This document shows positions 9,635-18,603 of a stretch of 45,161 nt of DNA, one piece after another. A program made the translations under genes and the position numbers. The DNA is from an uncultured bacterium (GTDB lineage Bacteria; Lernaellota; Lernaellaia; Lernaellales; Lernaellaceae), in assembly GCA_964534375.1 (NCBI GenBank), contig CAZHPN010000025.1, positions 1 through 45,161 of the forward strand. Reading direction: 5' to 3'. Positions within the stretch are counted from its first letter, which is position 1, and each line of letters starts with the position of its first letter. Under the pieces are notes generated by a model. The model was not told the DNA's origin, searched no databases, and was given only the letters and a program-made list of their open reading frames with translations.

Positions 9635-9829
9635 GGTTGATCCTGGCGCTGCGCCCGCGCCGCCGATTCCCGTCGACCGTCGACGGCAGGAATGGTTCGG
9701 CTTGGCGCGTGATGTGGTTCATAGCCCTTCATCTTATCGCATAACGGCGGCGATGCAAAAGAAAAAACCGACGATGGTCAAGCAAATTTTTGGGGCGGAA
9801 CCCGCGCGGCGAACCGGCCGGCGCGGCGT

Positions 9830-11209
9830 TTACCTAGGCGGCCGGCGTTGATCCCGAAGATAACCAACCAAGTCGTCGTCCCGCACGAACTCCTGTGTCC
9901 GGGCGGCGAGGTCTTTCACCTGCACGCCGCCCTTGGCGATCTCATCTTCGCCGCAGATGACCAGTTGCGCGACGCCCTTGCGCAGGCCGTAGCGCATTTG
10001 CGCCTTGAAGCCCGAGTCGCCGCCCATATAAATTTCCGCGGCGAGGCCGGCTTCGCGCAGCCGCCGCAGCAGGCGCAGGCAGACGGGGATCAGCTTCGGA
10101 TCGAGCACCATGATCAACGCCTCGCCCGCGTCCTCGCCGAGCCCGCCGGCGCCGAGCTTCTGCAGCGCCTCGAACAGGCGATCAAGGCCGATGCTCGTCC
10201 CGACGGCCGGGATCGCGTTGGCGTGGAACCGGCCGATCATCTCGTCGTACCGGCCGCCGCTCGCCACTGAGCCGATCTCCGGCAGATCGAGCAGCGTCGT
10301 CTCCAGCACGGGGCCCGTGTAGTATTCCAGCCCGCGCGCCACTGCAAGATCGACGCGCACGCGATCGGCGAAACCGAGCTCGCGCAGGAAGCCGAGGATC
10401 TCCCGCATTTCGGCGACGCCCTCGAGGCCCGTCTGGCCGGCGATCAATTCCGCGGCCTGCGCCAGTTTGCCTTCGTTGTCGCCGGCCAAATCGAGAAAAC
10501 GATCGATCAGCGCCGCTTTCTCCGTCGGCAAATTCAACGCGCGATCGAACTCGCCCTCCGGCTTGCGCAGCAACTCCGCGCGCACGCCGGCGCGGCCGAT
10601 CTTGTCGAGTTTGTCGAGCACGCGCAGCAGTTCGTTAACCATCGCCGCGCGGTCGTGCGGCCCGCGCGCCGCGATCCCGACCGCCTCGGCGAGTCCGTCG
10701 TGTATCTTGCGGTCGTTGAGCTTCACGACGAAGTTCGCCACGCCGAGCGCTTCCATCGCCGCGGCGGTGACGGCGACGATCTCGGCGTCGGCGAGGCCGA
10801 TCTTGGCCCCGACGATGTCCGCGTCCACCTGCAGAAACTGGCGGAAGCGGCCGGCCTGCGGTTTTTCGCCGCGGAAAACATGGCCGATTTGGTAGCGTTT
10901 GAAGGGCATCAAGAGGTCCGTGTTCGCCGCGACGTAGCGCGACAACGGCACGGTCAAATCGAAGCGCAGCGCGAGTTCCTTGTCTTCCTCGGGACTGACG
11001 AGCCGGAAGATTTCCTTCTCCGTTTCGCCGCCGTCGCCGACCAGCACCTCGGTGAATTCCACGCACGGCGTGTCGAGCGGTTGGAAGCCGAACAACTCGT
11101 ACGTGCAGCGGATCGAGTCGATCATCCGCTGGCGCGCCGCGGTCCGCGCCGGGTCGTAATCGTTGAAGCCGCCGGGCTGATTGGGTTTGACCTTCTTGCC
11201 TTGGCTCAT
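9830..11209 (-). CDS. hisS: Histidyl-tRNA synthetase
   Basis: LALRFDLTVP, FRGEKPQAGRFRQF, ARGLEYYTG, GGRYD and an anticodon-binding C-terminal domain. Confidence 0.97.
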   Translation of the reverse strand: MSQGKKVKPNQPGGFNDYDPARTAARQRMIDSIRCTYELFGFQPLDTPCVEFTEVLVGDGGETEKEIFRLVSPEEDKELALRFDLTVPLSRYVAANTDLLMPFKRYQIGHVFRGEKPQAGRFRQFLQVDADIVGAKIGLADAEIVAVTAAAMEALGVANFVVKLNDRKIHDGLAEAVGIAARGPHDRAAMVNELLRVLDKLDKIGRAGVRAELLRKPEGEFDRALNLPTEKAALIDRFLDLAGDNEGKLAQAAELIAGQTGLEGVAEMREILGFLRELGFADRVRVDLAVARGLEYYTGPVLETTLLDLPEIGSVASGGRYDEMIGRFHANAIPAVGTSIGLDRLFEALQKLGAGGLGEDAGEALIMVLDPKLIPVCLRLLRRLREAGLAAEIYMGGDSGFKAQMRYGLRKGVAQLVICGEDEIAKGGVQVKDLAARTQEFVRDDDLVGYLRDQRRPPR

Positions 11210-11250
11210 CGCCTCACGCTCCTTGCCTTAATCGGGCTGATGTTCGGGCT

Positions 11251-11428
11251 GAACACACAGACCACAGACAATGCCACAGTCGCCACAAGGTCGGCTCGAA
11301 CGCGCGCGCGAACCGACAGCCCTCGCGTGCGTCGGTTTTTGCGCGCGCGTTCGAGCCGCTGGTCTCTCTGTGCCCTCTGTGCAGTCCCCTGTGCGCCCTC
11401 TGTGTTTAAAATTCCGTTTCCTCCCCTT
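11251..11428. repeat. CACAGA(G)-type periodic repeat element overlapping the stop codon of the upstream lyase homologue
   Basis: The minus strand reads GGAAACGGAATTTTAAACACAGAGGGCGCACAGGGGACTGCACAGAGGGCACAGAGAG. A degenerate inverted arm GAACACACAGACCACAGAC is at 11250-11268. Confidence 0.8.
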
Positions 11429-12977
11429 CATTCGCCAGCCGATCGAGTTCGCCGCCGGGCCGGCACAACGCGTCCACCGCCTCGATTTGCCGATACAGCG
11501 CCGTGTCTTCGGTCCAGTGCGGCGCGACGGTTCGCACCGCCTCGCGCAGCCGGGCGGCGCGCGCGCCGGGCTTCTTGCCGGCGGCCAACCGCAGATCAAC
11601 GCCTTGCGCCGCGAGCAGCAGTTCGATCGCCACAATGCGGCGGACCCCGGTCAACAGCTTGGCCGCCGCCGCCGCGCTCTGCGACGACAAGCCGGCGTAG
11701 TCTTCGAAATCCTGGCAACTCGGGATGGAATCCGTCGAGTACGGCAGGGCCAGGGCCTTGTTCTCGCTCACCAGCGCGGCCGCGGTGTATTGCGCCAGCA
11801 TGAAGCCGCTGTTCAGGCCGCGGTTTTCGATGAGGAAGCTGGGCAGGCCGCCGTTGCGCGCGCCATTGGTCAACAAGAAGGCGTGCCGCTCGGACAGCGC
11901 GCCGACTTCGGCCATCGCCACGCGGAGGTTGTCGAGCGCCAGCGCCAGCCGCGCGCCGTGGAAGTTGCCGCCTTCCAGACAGCGCGGGCCGTCGGCGCCG
12001 TCGAGCAGGATCGGGTTGTCGCTCAGCAGGCGCAATTCGTCGGCGATCGTCTGCCCGACCCGCGTCAACGCCCCGCCGACCGTCCCCAGCACCTGCGGCG
12101 CGCAGCGAATGGAAAACGCATCGCCGCCGTCGCGCCGCGCGAGAAGTTCCGAGCCGGCCGTCCAATCCAGCAGCCGGCGGCCGACCTCGACGATCCGTTC
12201 GCGGCCCGGCCCGAGGCCCAGCAGCGCCGGCTCGAAGGCCACCGGATTCGCCAGCACGGCTTCGCAGGTCAGCGCCGTCGCGGCCAGCGCCAAACCGTGC
12301 AGCCGCCGGGCCTCGACCAGCAGCAGCGCCGCCCAACCGACCGAAAAACTGGTCCCGACCACCAGCGAAAAGGATTCCTTCAACGTCGGCTCGATCGGCG
12401 TCAGGCCGGCCGCCGCCATCGCCGAGGCGCCCGTGACCACCGGCGCGCCCGTTTCGCGCCAGCCGACCGTCGCACGGCCGCTCGCGCCGGCGGGGTTGGC
12501 GCAGACTGTCAACGCCAGGTGCGCCAGCGGCGCGACGTCGCCCGCGACCGAAAAATGCCCGCGAGACGGAATGAGCGGGTGAACCTCGGCGTTGAGCATC
12601 GCCGCCATCGTTTCCGCAACCACCGGCCGCACGCCGCTGCCGCCCTGGGCGAAGACGTCGATTCGCGCCAGCAGCGCCGCGCGCGCCAGCGTCGTCGGCA
12701 GCGGCTCGCCGACCGCCGCGGCGTGGTCGAGCAGCAGGCGCCGGGCGAGCCCGCGCAGATCGTCTTCCGGCGGGCGGCGGCGATCGTCGGCCAGATCGGC
12801 GATCTTCCAGAGCGGCACCGGACCCATGCGCCGCTCGACGGCCGCCAGCCGCGCCTCGCCGGCGGCGAGCTTGCCCCGCGCCTCGTCGGTCAGTTCGACG
12901 CGCGCCGCGTCGCAGGCGACCGCGTACACTTCGTCGGGCGTCAGCGCGCCGCCCCGGATGAAAACCGCGCGCTTCAT
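11406..12977 (-). CDS. Histidine/aromatic ammonia-lyase homologue lacking the MIO-forming ASG triad (probable pseudoenzyme subunit)
   Basis: ATG 12977 overlaps the upstream TGA (ATGA). It keeps the HAL motifs GSGVR, IRCAPQV, DNP, GGNFHG and NSGFMLAQYTAAAL, but has FSVAGD in place of GASGD and no YGxNTGFG loop. Confidence 0.85.
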   Translation of the reverse strand: MKRAVFIRGGALTPDEVYAVACDAARVELTDEARGKLAAGEARLAAVERRMGPVPLWKIADLADDRRRPPEDDLRGLARRLLLDHAAAVGEPLPTTLARAALLARIDVFAQGGSGVRPVVAETMAAMLNAEVHPLIPSRGHFSVAGDVAPLAHLALTVCANPAGASGRATVGWRETGAPVVTGASAMAAAGLTPIEPTLKESFSLVVGTSFSVGWAALLLVEARRLHGLALAATALTCEAVLANPVAFEPALLGLGPGRERIVEVGRRLLDWTAGSELLARRDGGDAFSIRCAPQVLGTVGGALTRVGQTIADELRLLSDNPILLDGADGPRCLEGGNFHGARLALALDNLRVAMAEVGALSERHAFLLTNGARNGGLPSFLIENRGLNSGFMLAQYTAAALVSENKALALPYSTDSIPSCQDFEDYAGLSSQSAAAAAKLLTGVRRIVAIELLLAAQGVDLRLAAGKKPGARAARLREAVRTVAPHWTEDTALYRQIEAVDALCRPGGELDRLANEGEETEF

Positions 12978-14545
12978 GCGTCCGCCTCGCCGGCCGCCGA
13001 ATCGAACGCGCCGCCGTGAATTTTCGCGGCGAGTTCCTCGAGGCAATCCGCCGGGGTTTCATCGGCGCAGTAACGGTCGAGCGCCGGCTGGCAGATCGCG
13101 AAGGCCCGGCCGGTTCCGGCGCCGAGCGTCGCCGGCGACTGTTCCTGGCGCAAGGCGAGGGCGTACGCGGCGCAAAACAGTTCGGCGGCGAGCACGTAGG
13201 TCGTATTTTGCGCGATGCGCCGCGCCCCGCGGGCCGCCAGCGGGCTCATGCTGACGTGGTCTTCCTGGTCTTCGCAGGTCGGAATGTTGTCCACCGACGA
13301 CGGGTGCGCCACGTGCTTGTTTTCGACCGCCAGGCCCGCCGCCGTGAATTGCACCATCATCAGACCCAGGCCCGGCCGCGCCGCCGGGGCCAGCAGCGGC
13401 GGCAGGCCGAAGCTGAGCGCCTTGGTCAGCAGCCGGAAAATGCGGCGTTCGCTGATCGCCGAGAGTTCGGCGAGGGCGACCTTGAGCGCGTCGCAGGCCA
13501 GCGCCACCGGTTCGCCGTGGAATTGGCCCGCGCTGACGGCCGCCCGCTTGCCATCGGCGAAGATCAGCGGGTTGTCCGTCGCGCTGTTGATTTCGATGGT
13601 CAGCGTGCAGCGCGCATTCGCCAGCGCATCGCGCGCCGCGCCGTGCACCTGCGGGGCGCAGCGCAGGCTGTAGCCGTCCTGCACGCGCTCGGCGTCGCTG
13701 CCGGCCAGCGACGACCCGGCGAGATGGCGCAGGATATTGGCCGCGCTCCGGCCCTGGCCGGCGAACGGCCGCAGACGATGCACCGCCGGCAGAAAAGCGT
13801 CCGGCGCGCCGCGCACCGCCTCGAGGGTCATCGCGCAGGCGAGGTCGGCGACGTTCGCCAGTCGCTCGCCGTCGAGCACCGCGAGTGCGGCGAGCGCGGC
13901 GCTGACCTGCACGCCGTTGTTGAGCGCCAGCCCTTCTTTCGCGCCCAGCAACAGCCGCTCGATGCCGGCCTCGGCCATCGTTTCTTTGGCCGGCCGGCGG
14001 CGGCCCTGCGCGTCGATCGTCTCGCCGGACAGCTCGGGCGGATCGGGCTCGCCGTTCGGCGGGCGCGACAGCGTCAGGGCCAGGTGGCTGAGCGGCGCGA
14101 GATCGCCCGAGGCGCCGACGCTGCCCTGCGCCGGTACGTACGGGTGGACGCCGCGGTTGAGCATCGCCAGCAGCGTCTCGACGACCGCTGGCCGCACGCC
14201 GCTGGCGCCTTTGGCGAGCGCGTTGGCGCGCAGCAGCATCGTCGCGCGCACCACTTCGATCGGCAGCGGATCGCCGACGCCGGCGCTGTGGCTGAGCAAC
14301 AGATGGCGTTGCAGGCGCTCGAGATCGCGGCGGCCGATCGCGTGGTGTTTCAGGCTGCCGAAGCCGGTGTTGACGCCGTAGACCTGCGCCGCCGGATCGT
14401 TGGCGATGCGCTCGACTACGGCGCGGCTCGCCTCCATGCGCGTGCGCGCCGCGGCGGCGAGCGCGACCGGCCGCCCGCCGCGCGCCACGGCCGCCACGTC
14501 CGCGAGCGTCAGGCTGTCGCCGTCGATCGGCAACGGTTGCGTCAA
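12974..14545 (-). CDS. hutH: Histidine ammonia-lyase (MIO enzyme)
   Basis: VYGVNTGFG, LLLSH (HAL-type SH pair), GSVGASGDLAPL, LNNG, QDGYSLRC, DNP and QEDHVSM. TTG start after GAGGA. Confidence 0.85.
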   Translation of the reverse strand: MTQPLPIDGDSLTLADVAAVARGGRPVALAAAARTRMEASRAVVERIANDPAAQVYGVNTGFGSLKHHAIGRRDLERLQRHLLLSHSAGVGDPLPIEVVRATMLLRANALAKGASGVRPAVVETLLAMLNRGVHPYVPAQGSVGASGDLAPLSHLALTLSRPPNGEPDPPELSGETIDAQGRRRPAKETMAEAGIERLLLGAKEGLALNNGVQVSAALAALAVLDGERLANVADLACAMTLEAVRGAPDAFLPAVHRLRPFAGQGRSAANILRHLAGSSLAGSDAERVQDGYSLRCAPQVHGAARDALANARCTLTIEINSATDNPLIFADGKRAAVSAGQFHGEPVALACDALKVALAELSAISERRIFRLLTKALSFGLPPLLAPAARPGLGLMMVQFTAAGLAVENKHVAHPSSVDNIPTCEDQEDHVSMSPLAARGARRIAQNTTYVLAAELFCAAYALALRQEQSPATLGAGTGRAFAICQPALDRYCADETPADCLEELAAKIHGGAFDSAAGEADA

Positions 14546-14608
14546 AACATCCTCGTCGAAAGTGCGACCCGATTATACGGGCTGCCGGCGGAGCGGCAAG
14601 GGACGGAG

Positions 14609-14749
14609 CGCCTCTCCCCGTGGGAGAGGTCGCCCCGCGAAGCGCGCATCGGTGCGCCTCTCCGTTTGGGAGAGGTCGCCGCACGAAGTGCGGCGGGTGA
14701 GGGAGTTGACATGGCCCTCACCCCAACCCTTTCCCAGAGAGAGAGGGAG
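14609..14749. repeat. REP-like palindrome cluster (CCTCTCCC..GGGAGAGG / CCCTCACCCC..GAGAGGG type)
   Basis: Hairpins at 14611-14629, 14657-14675 and ~14727-14747. GGGTGAGGG (14695-14703) is complementary to CCCTCACCC (14715-14723). Confidence 0.8.
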
Positions 14750-14843
14750 CAGCGCGGCCTTGCCGCGCGGACCGGCAACCTGCTAAGCTGCCGGAAGTAA
14801 AGTTGAAAGCGCGGGATCGTTATCGTTCCGGGGGAGAAAAGCA

Positions 14844-17153
14844 ATGCAAAAGTGGTTTCATCTTCCGCTGCTGCTGTTGGCCGTGTTCGCGTTCGCCTGT
14901 TCATCGGGCGCGCATCATCAGAGCGGCAACGCCGCGGTCGATGACGACGACGACAATGATGACAATGACAACGACAATGACGACGCCTCGCCGGATGACG
15001 ACGACGACGCCTCGCCGGACGACGACGCCTCGCCCGACGATGACGTTTCGCCGGACGACGACGACAACGACGATTCCTCGCCGTTCGCGCCGTGGGTCAA
15101 TCCGGACGCGAAGGCCGACGCGTTCAAGCTGTATTATAAGGAACGGTTGGCGCGCGTGCTGCCGGCGTACAACCGCTTCATGCTCGTCGGCGACGTCGTG
15201 CCCGCGCACACGCTGGGCGCCACCGCCATCGCCAAGAGCGGCAACAATTATGAAGTCGTGTTGCACCCCGTCGACAACAACGATATTGGTTGGACGACGT
15301 TCAACGTGTACCAGGCGTACAAGGTCTTCGGCACGCGCGACCTGGAGCTGACGCTGATCCGCCAGTTCGAGGGCCTGGCCGTCGTCGAGCAAGTCGAGGG
15401 CATTCCGGGCCTGACCTGCCGCGAATGGGAGCCGGGTTTCATCACGCAGATCAACGGCGCGACCGGCGCGATCACGCGCACGCATAACGGCGCGCCGGCC
15501 ACGCCCGCCGTGTCGTATCCGTCGAGTTTGGAATCCGAGATCGTCAGCACGTTCTTCAACAACGGCACCTACACGATCGACGCCGACCCGACCGATTACT
15601 ACTTCCGCACCGAGCCGATCCTGAACACCGGCACGTACGCCGTGACCGAAGTCTTCACCGAGTGGCCGAACTACCTGCGCGATTCCGACTGCTGTTCGTC
15701 GTTCATGGTTTCGAAGCTCGGCACGTACACCGGCTACCTCTGGGGCAACCACAATTCGCGCGACAACTTCCCCGACTTTGCCATGGGCTACATCGCCGCC
15801 TGCGAAGCGGCGAGCGACGCCACGCTCGACTCCGACGTGCGCGCCTCGGCCGCCAAGGCCTGCGCCTCCGGCAAACGCATCGGCGATTCGGTTGTCCAAT
15901 ACGGTTACAATTTGATGACGGTCGGCGAATTCGAGCCGTACGACCCGCGGTACCTGATCGTCGCCGGCTCGATTCGGCCCGACGGCTCCAATCCCAGTCT
16001 GGAATGGCTCGGCTCGATGGACATGTGCCAGATGTCGTATATGGCCAAGGCGCTGTCGACCGCCGGCCTCAGTTCGCCGAACGAAATCGTCGACACGCCG
16101 GGCGCGTATGAGATTCAAGCCATCGACTACTTGTTCCAATTGCTCAATTTGCCGCTGCCGAAGATCACGAAACATTGCTACAGCCTCGACGACTTCTTGG
16201 TCGGCATCACGTGGGGCCGGCTGCTGAACATGCAAGTCCTGGGCGTGCCGATTTGGGAATTGGTGCAGGACGCGCTGGATCTGGATCCCAGCGCCGTGTA
16301 TCCGGTGTTGTTCCAGTTGTCCGGCGCGGTCCAGCAGCCGCAATCGTCGGCGCTGGCGATCGTCTACTACGCGCGCCTCGATCCGAGCAAGGCCGAACTG
16401 ATGCTCGCCGCGCAGCACACGCTGTACAATATCTCGGAGATCGTGCGCCGCATCTCGCAAATGGTTTACGATTGGGCCAGTGCGCAGAATCCCCCGAACA
16501 CCAGCGTGATGAATCAGGCGCAACAAAATCTGGAGACGACCACGCTCTGGGCCAACCTCGGCGGCGTCGGCAACAGCAACTACAACACCTTCGGCTACCT
16601 GGATCAGGAGGCCGATCAGGAAGGCTTCGAGGCCGTGCTGACGCGGCCCGATTCGACGCCCTGGCCGCTCGTCGACGACGCGACGATCTGGCAGGAAATC
16701 CAGAACTCCGTGAGCGGCTCCGATTCCATTGACCAGCAGCGATACTGGGCGAAGTATCCGACCGAAGCCGACATGCCCTTCCGGACCGACGGCGCCGGCT
16801 ACGACGCGATCGGCCTCGACGGCAACTTCCACGCCATTCCCAACGTCACCAATCAATGGATCGGCGGCCTGCAACTCTGGATGGCGCTGCCGAACTGCGA
16901 ACTCCAGCCGACCGTGCTCGATTGCACCTGGGCGCAGATCGGCTGCGCGCGGGCCGACCTGAACGGCGACGGCGTCGTCAACGCCGCCGACCAGACGCTG
17001 TTCAACACGGCGTGGGCGACCTACGGTCCGCCGAACAATATTCCGTGCAACGCGGGCAACAACTGGTGCGGCGGCGCCGACCTCGATCACAGCGGTCTGC
17101 TCGACGCCGACGACCAGGCGTTCATGGCCGCGGCGCAGGGGTGTTGGTATTAG
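14844..17153 (+). CDS. Large hypothetical lipoprotein with Asp-rich linker and C-terminal dockerin/EF-hand-like repeats
   Basis: Lipobox FAFA-C, DDDDNDD...SPDDD repeats, and two Ca-binding-type loops DLNGDGVVNAAD and DLDHSGLLDADD. Confidence 0.8.
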   Translation: MQKWFHLPLLLLAVFAFACSSGAHHQSGNAAVDDDDDNDDNDNDNDDASPDDDDDASPDDDASPDDDVSPDDDDNDDSSPFAPWVNPDAKADAFKLYYKERLARVLPAYNRFMLVGDVVPAHTLGATAIAKSGNNYEVVLHPVDNNDIGWTTFNVYQAYKVFGTRDLELTLIRQFEGLAVVEQVEGIPGLTCREWEPGFITQINGATGAITRTHNGAPATPAVSYPSSLESEIVSTFFNNGTYTIDADPTDYYFRTEPILNTGTYAVTEVFTEWPNYLRDSDCCSSFMVSKLGTYTGYLWGNHNSRDNFPDFAMGYIAACEAASDATLDSDVRASAAKACASGKRIGDSVVQYGYNLMTVGEFEPYDPRYLIVAGSIRPDGSNPSLEWLGSMDMCQMSYMAKALSTAGLSSPNEIVDTPGAYEIQAIDYLFQLLNLPLPKITKHCYSLDDFLVGITWGRLLNMQVLGVPIWELVQDALDLDPSAVYPVLFQLSGAVQQPQSSALAIVYYARLDPSKAELMLAAQHTLYNISEIVRRISQMVYDWASAQNPPNTSVMNQAQQNLETTTLWANLGGVGNSNYNTFGYLDQEADQEGFEAVLTRPDSTPWPLVDDATIWQEIQNSVSGSDSIDQQRYWAKYPTEADMPFRTDGAGYDAIGLDGNFHAIPNVTNQWIGGLQLWMALPNCELQPTVLDCTWAQIGCARADLNGDGVVNAADQTLFNTAWATYGPPNNIPCNAGNNWCGGADLDHSGLLDADDQAFMAAAQGCWY

Positions 17154-17240
17154 GGAGGCTGGGAGACTGAAGGGCTGAGAGGCTGGGAGGCCGGCCGGTC
17201 AGACCTGTCAGACTTGTCAGACGCGTCAGACTCGTCAGAC
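17152..17240. repeat. Intergenic 8-mer (GGCTGGGA-like) tract followed by a 9-mer array (GTCAGACnn)x5
   Basis: GTCAGAC starts at 17198, 17207, 17216, 17225 and 17234. Confidence 0.9.
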
Positions 17241-17314
17241 CCAATTCCCCGCGCGCTTGACAACCGCCATCCGCGGAAACAAGTTCTTTTGGCCACACAT
17301 AACGGAGTTTCGCC

Positions 17315-18571
17315 ATGCAGCCTTGCCGCGACCCGCAGGTCATTCTTGCGCAAACGTCCCTCGTGCCGTCGTTTCTCGAATTCGTGCAGATCGACACCCA
17401 ATCCGACGCGACGAGCGACGCCAACCCGTCGACCGCCAAGCAGTTGAACCTGCAAAAAGTCCTGCAAAAAAAGCTGGCGGCGCTGGGCGGCGAAAACGTG
17501 CGGCTGGACGACAAGGGATATTTGTATGCGAGCTTCCCCGGCAACGCGCCGAAAGCGCCGGCGTTCGGCTTGATGGCGCACGTCGACACCGCCGGCGATT
17601 TCTCCGGCACGAACGTCCGGCCGCGCCTGTGCGAGGGCTACGACGGCAAGCCGATCGTCCTGCCCGGCGGCGTGGTCATCTCGCCCGACGACACGCCGGA
17701 ACTCAAAGAGTGCCGCGGCGACACGATCATCACCGCTTCCGGCGACACGCTGCTGGGCGCCGACGACAAAGCCGGCGTCGCCGAAGTGATCGCGACGCTG
17801 GAGTTTTTCCAGAAACATCCCGAATTGAAGCGGCCGACGTTGCGCATCGCCTTCACTCCCGACGAAGAAATCGGCCGCGGCGCCGAATTCTTCGACGTGC
17901 CGGGCTTTCAAGCCGCGTGGGCCTATACGGTCGACGGCGGTTTCGCGGGCGAGGTCAATTTCGAGACGTTCAGCGCCGACAAGGCCGTCGTGACCTTCAC
18001 CGGCGTCGCGGTGCACCCGGGCACGGCCAAGGGCAAATTGGTCAACGCCATCCGCTGGCTCGGCCGCTTCGTCGACCAGTTGCCGAAGGCCGAAAGCCCC
18101 GAGCAGACCGAAGACCGCGAAGGGTTTTTCCACCCGACCGGCATCTCCGGCAACGCGGCCGAGGCCAAAGTCGAGATGATTCTGCGCGACTTCGACACCG
18201 CGGCGCTAAAGGTCCGCGGCGGCCGGCTGCGGGCGCTCGCCGAGGAGTTCGTCACGCTCGAACCGCGCCTGAAGGCGAACGTCGAAATCACCGCGCAATA
18301 TCGCAATATGGCCGACGAGCTGCAAAAACATCCGCGAACCCGCGACCTGCTGCTCAAGGCCGTGCGGTCCGCCGGCCTCGAACCGCACACCGTCGCCATC
18401 CGCGGCGGCACGGACGGCTCGGGCCTGACGGCGATGGGCCTGCCCACGCCCAACATTTTCACCGGCGGCGTCAATTTCCACGGCCCGCGCGAATGGGTCT
18501 CGACCCGCGTCATGGCCCTGGCCGTGTGCACGATCGTCAACCTCGCGCAACTCTTCGCCGAAGAGGCCTGA
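17315..18571 (+). CDS. pepT: Peptidase T (M20 tripeptidase)
   Basis: IDTQS, AHVDT, LLGADDKAG, FTPDEEIG, YTVDGG, VHPGTAK, IRGGTDG, PNIFTG and NFHG. Confidence 0.95.
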   Translation: MQPCRDPQVILAQTSLVPSFLEFVQIDTQSDATSDANPSTAKQLNLQKVLQKKLAALGGENVRLDDKGYLYASFPGNAPKAPAFGLMAHVDTAGDFSGTNVRPRLCEGYDGKPIVLPGGVVISPDDTPELKECRGDTIITASGDTLLGADDKAGVAEVIATLEFFQKHPELKRPTLRIAFTPDEEIGRGAEFFDVPGFQAAWAYTVDGGFAGEVNFETFSADKAVVTFTGVAVHPGTAKGKLVNAIRWLGRFVDQLPKAESPEQTEDREGFFHPTGISGNAAEAKVEMILRDFDTAALKVRGGRLRALAEEFVTLEPRLKANVEITAQYRNMADELQKHPRTRDLLLKAVRSAGLEPHTVAIRGGTDGSGLTAMGLPTPNIFTGGVNFHGPREWVSTRVMALAVCTIVNLAQLFAEEA

Positions 18572-18603
18572 GCGGCGCGGCGAACGGCCGCAGGCGGCAG
18601 CCC

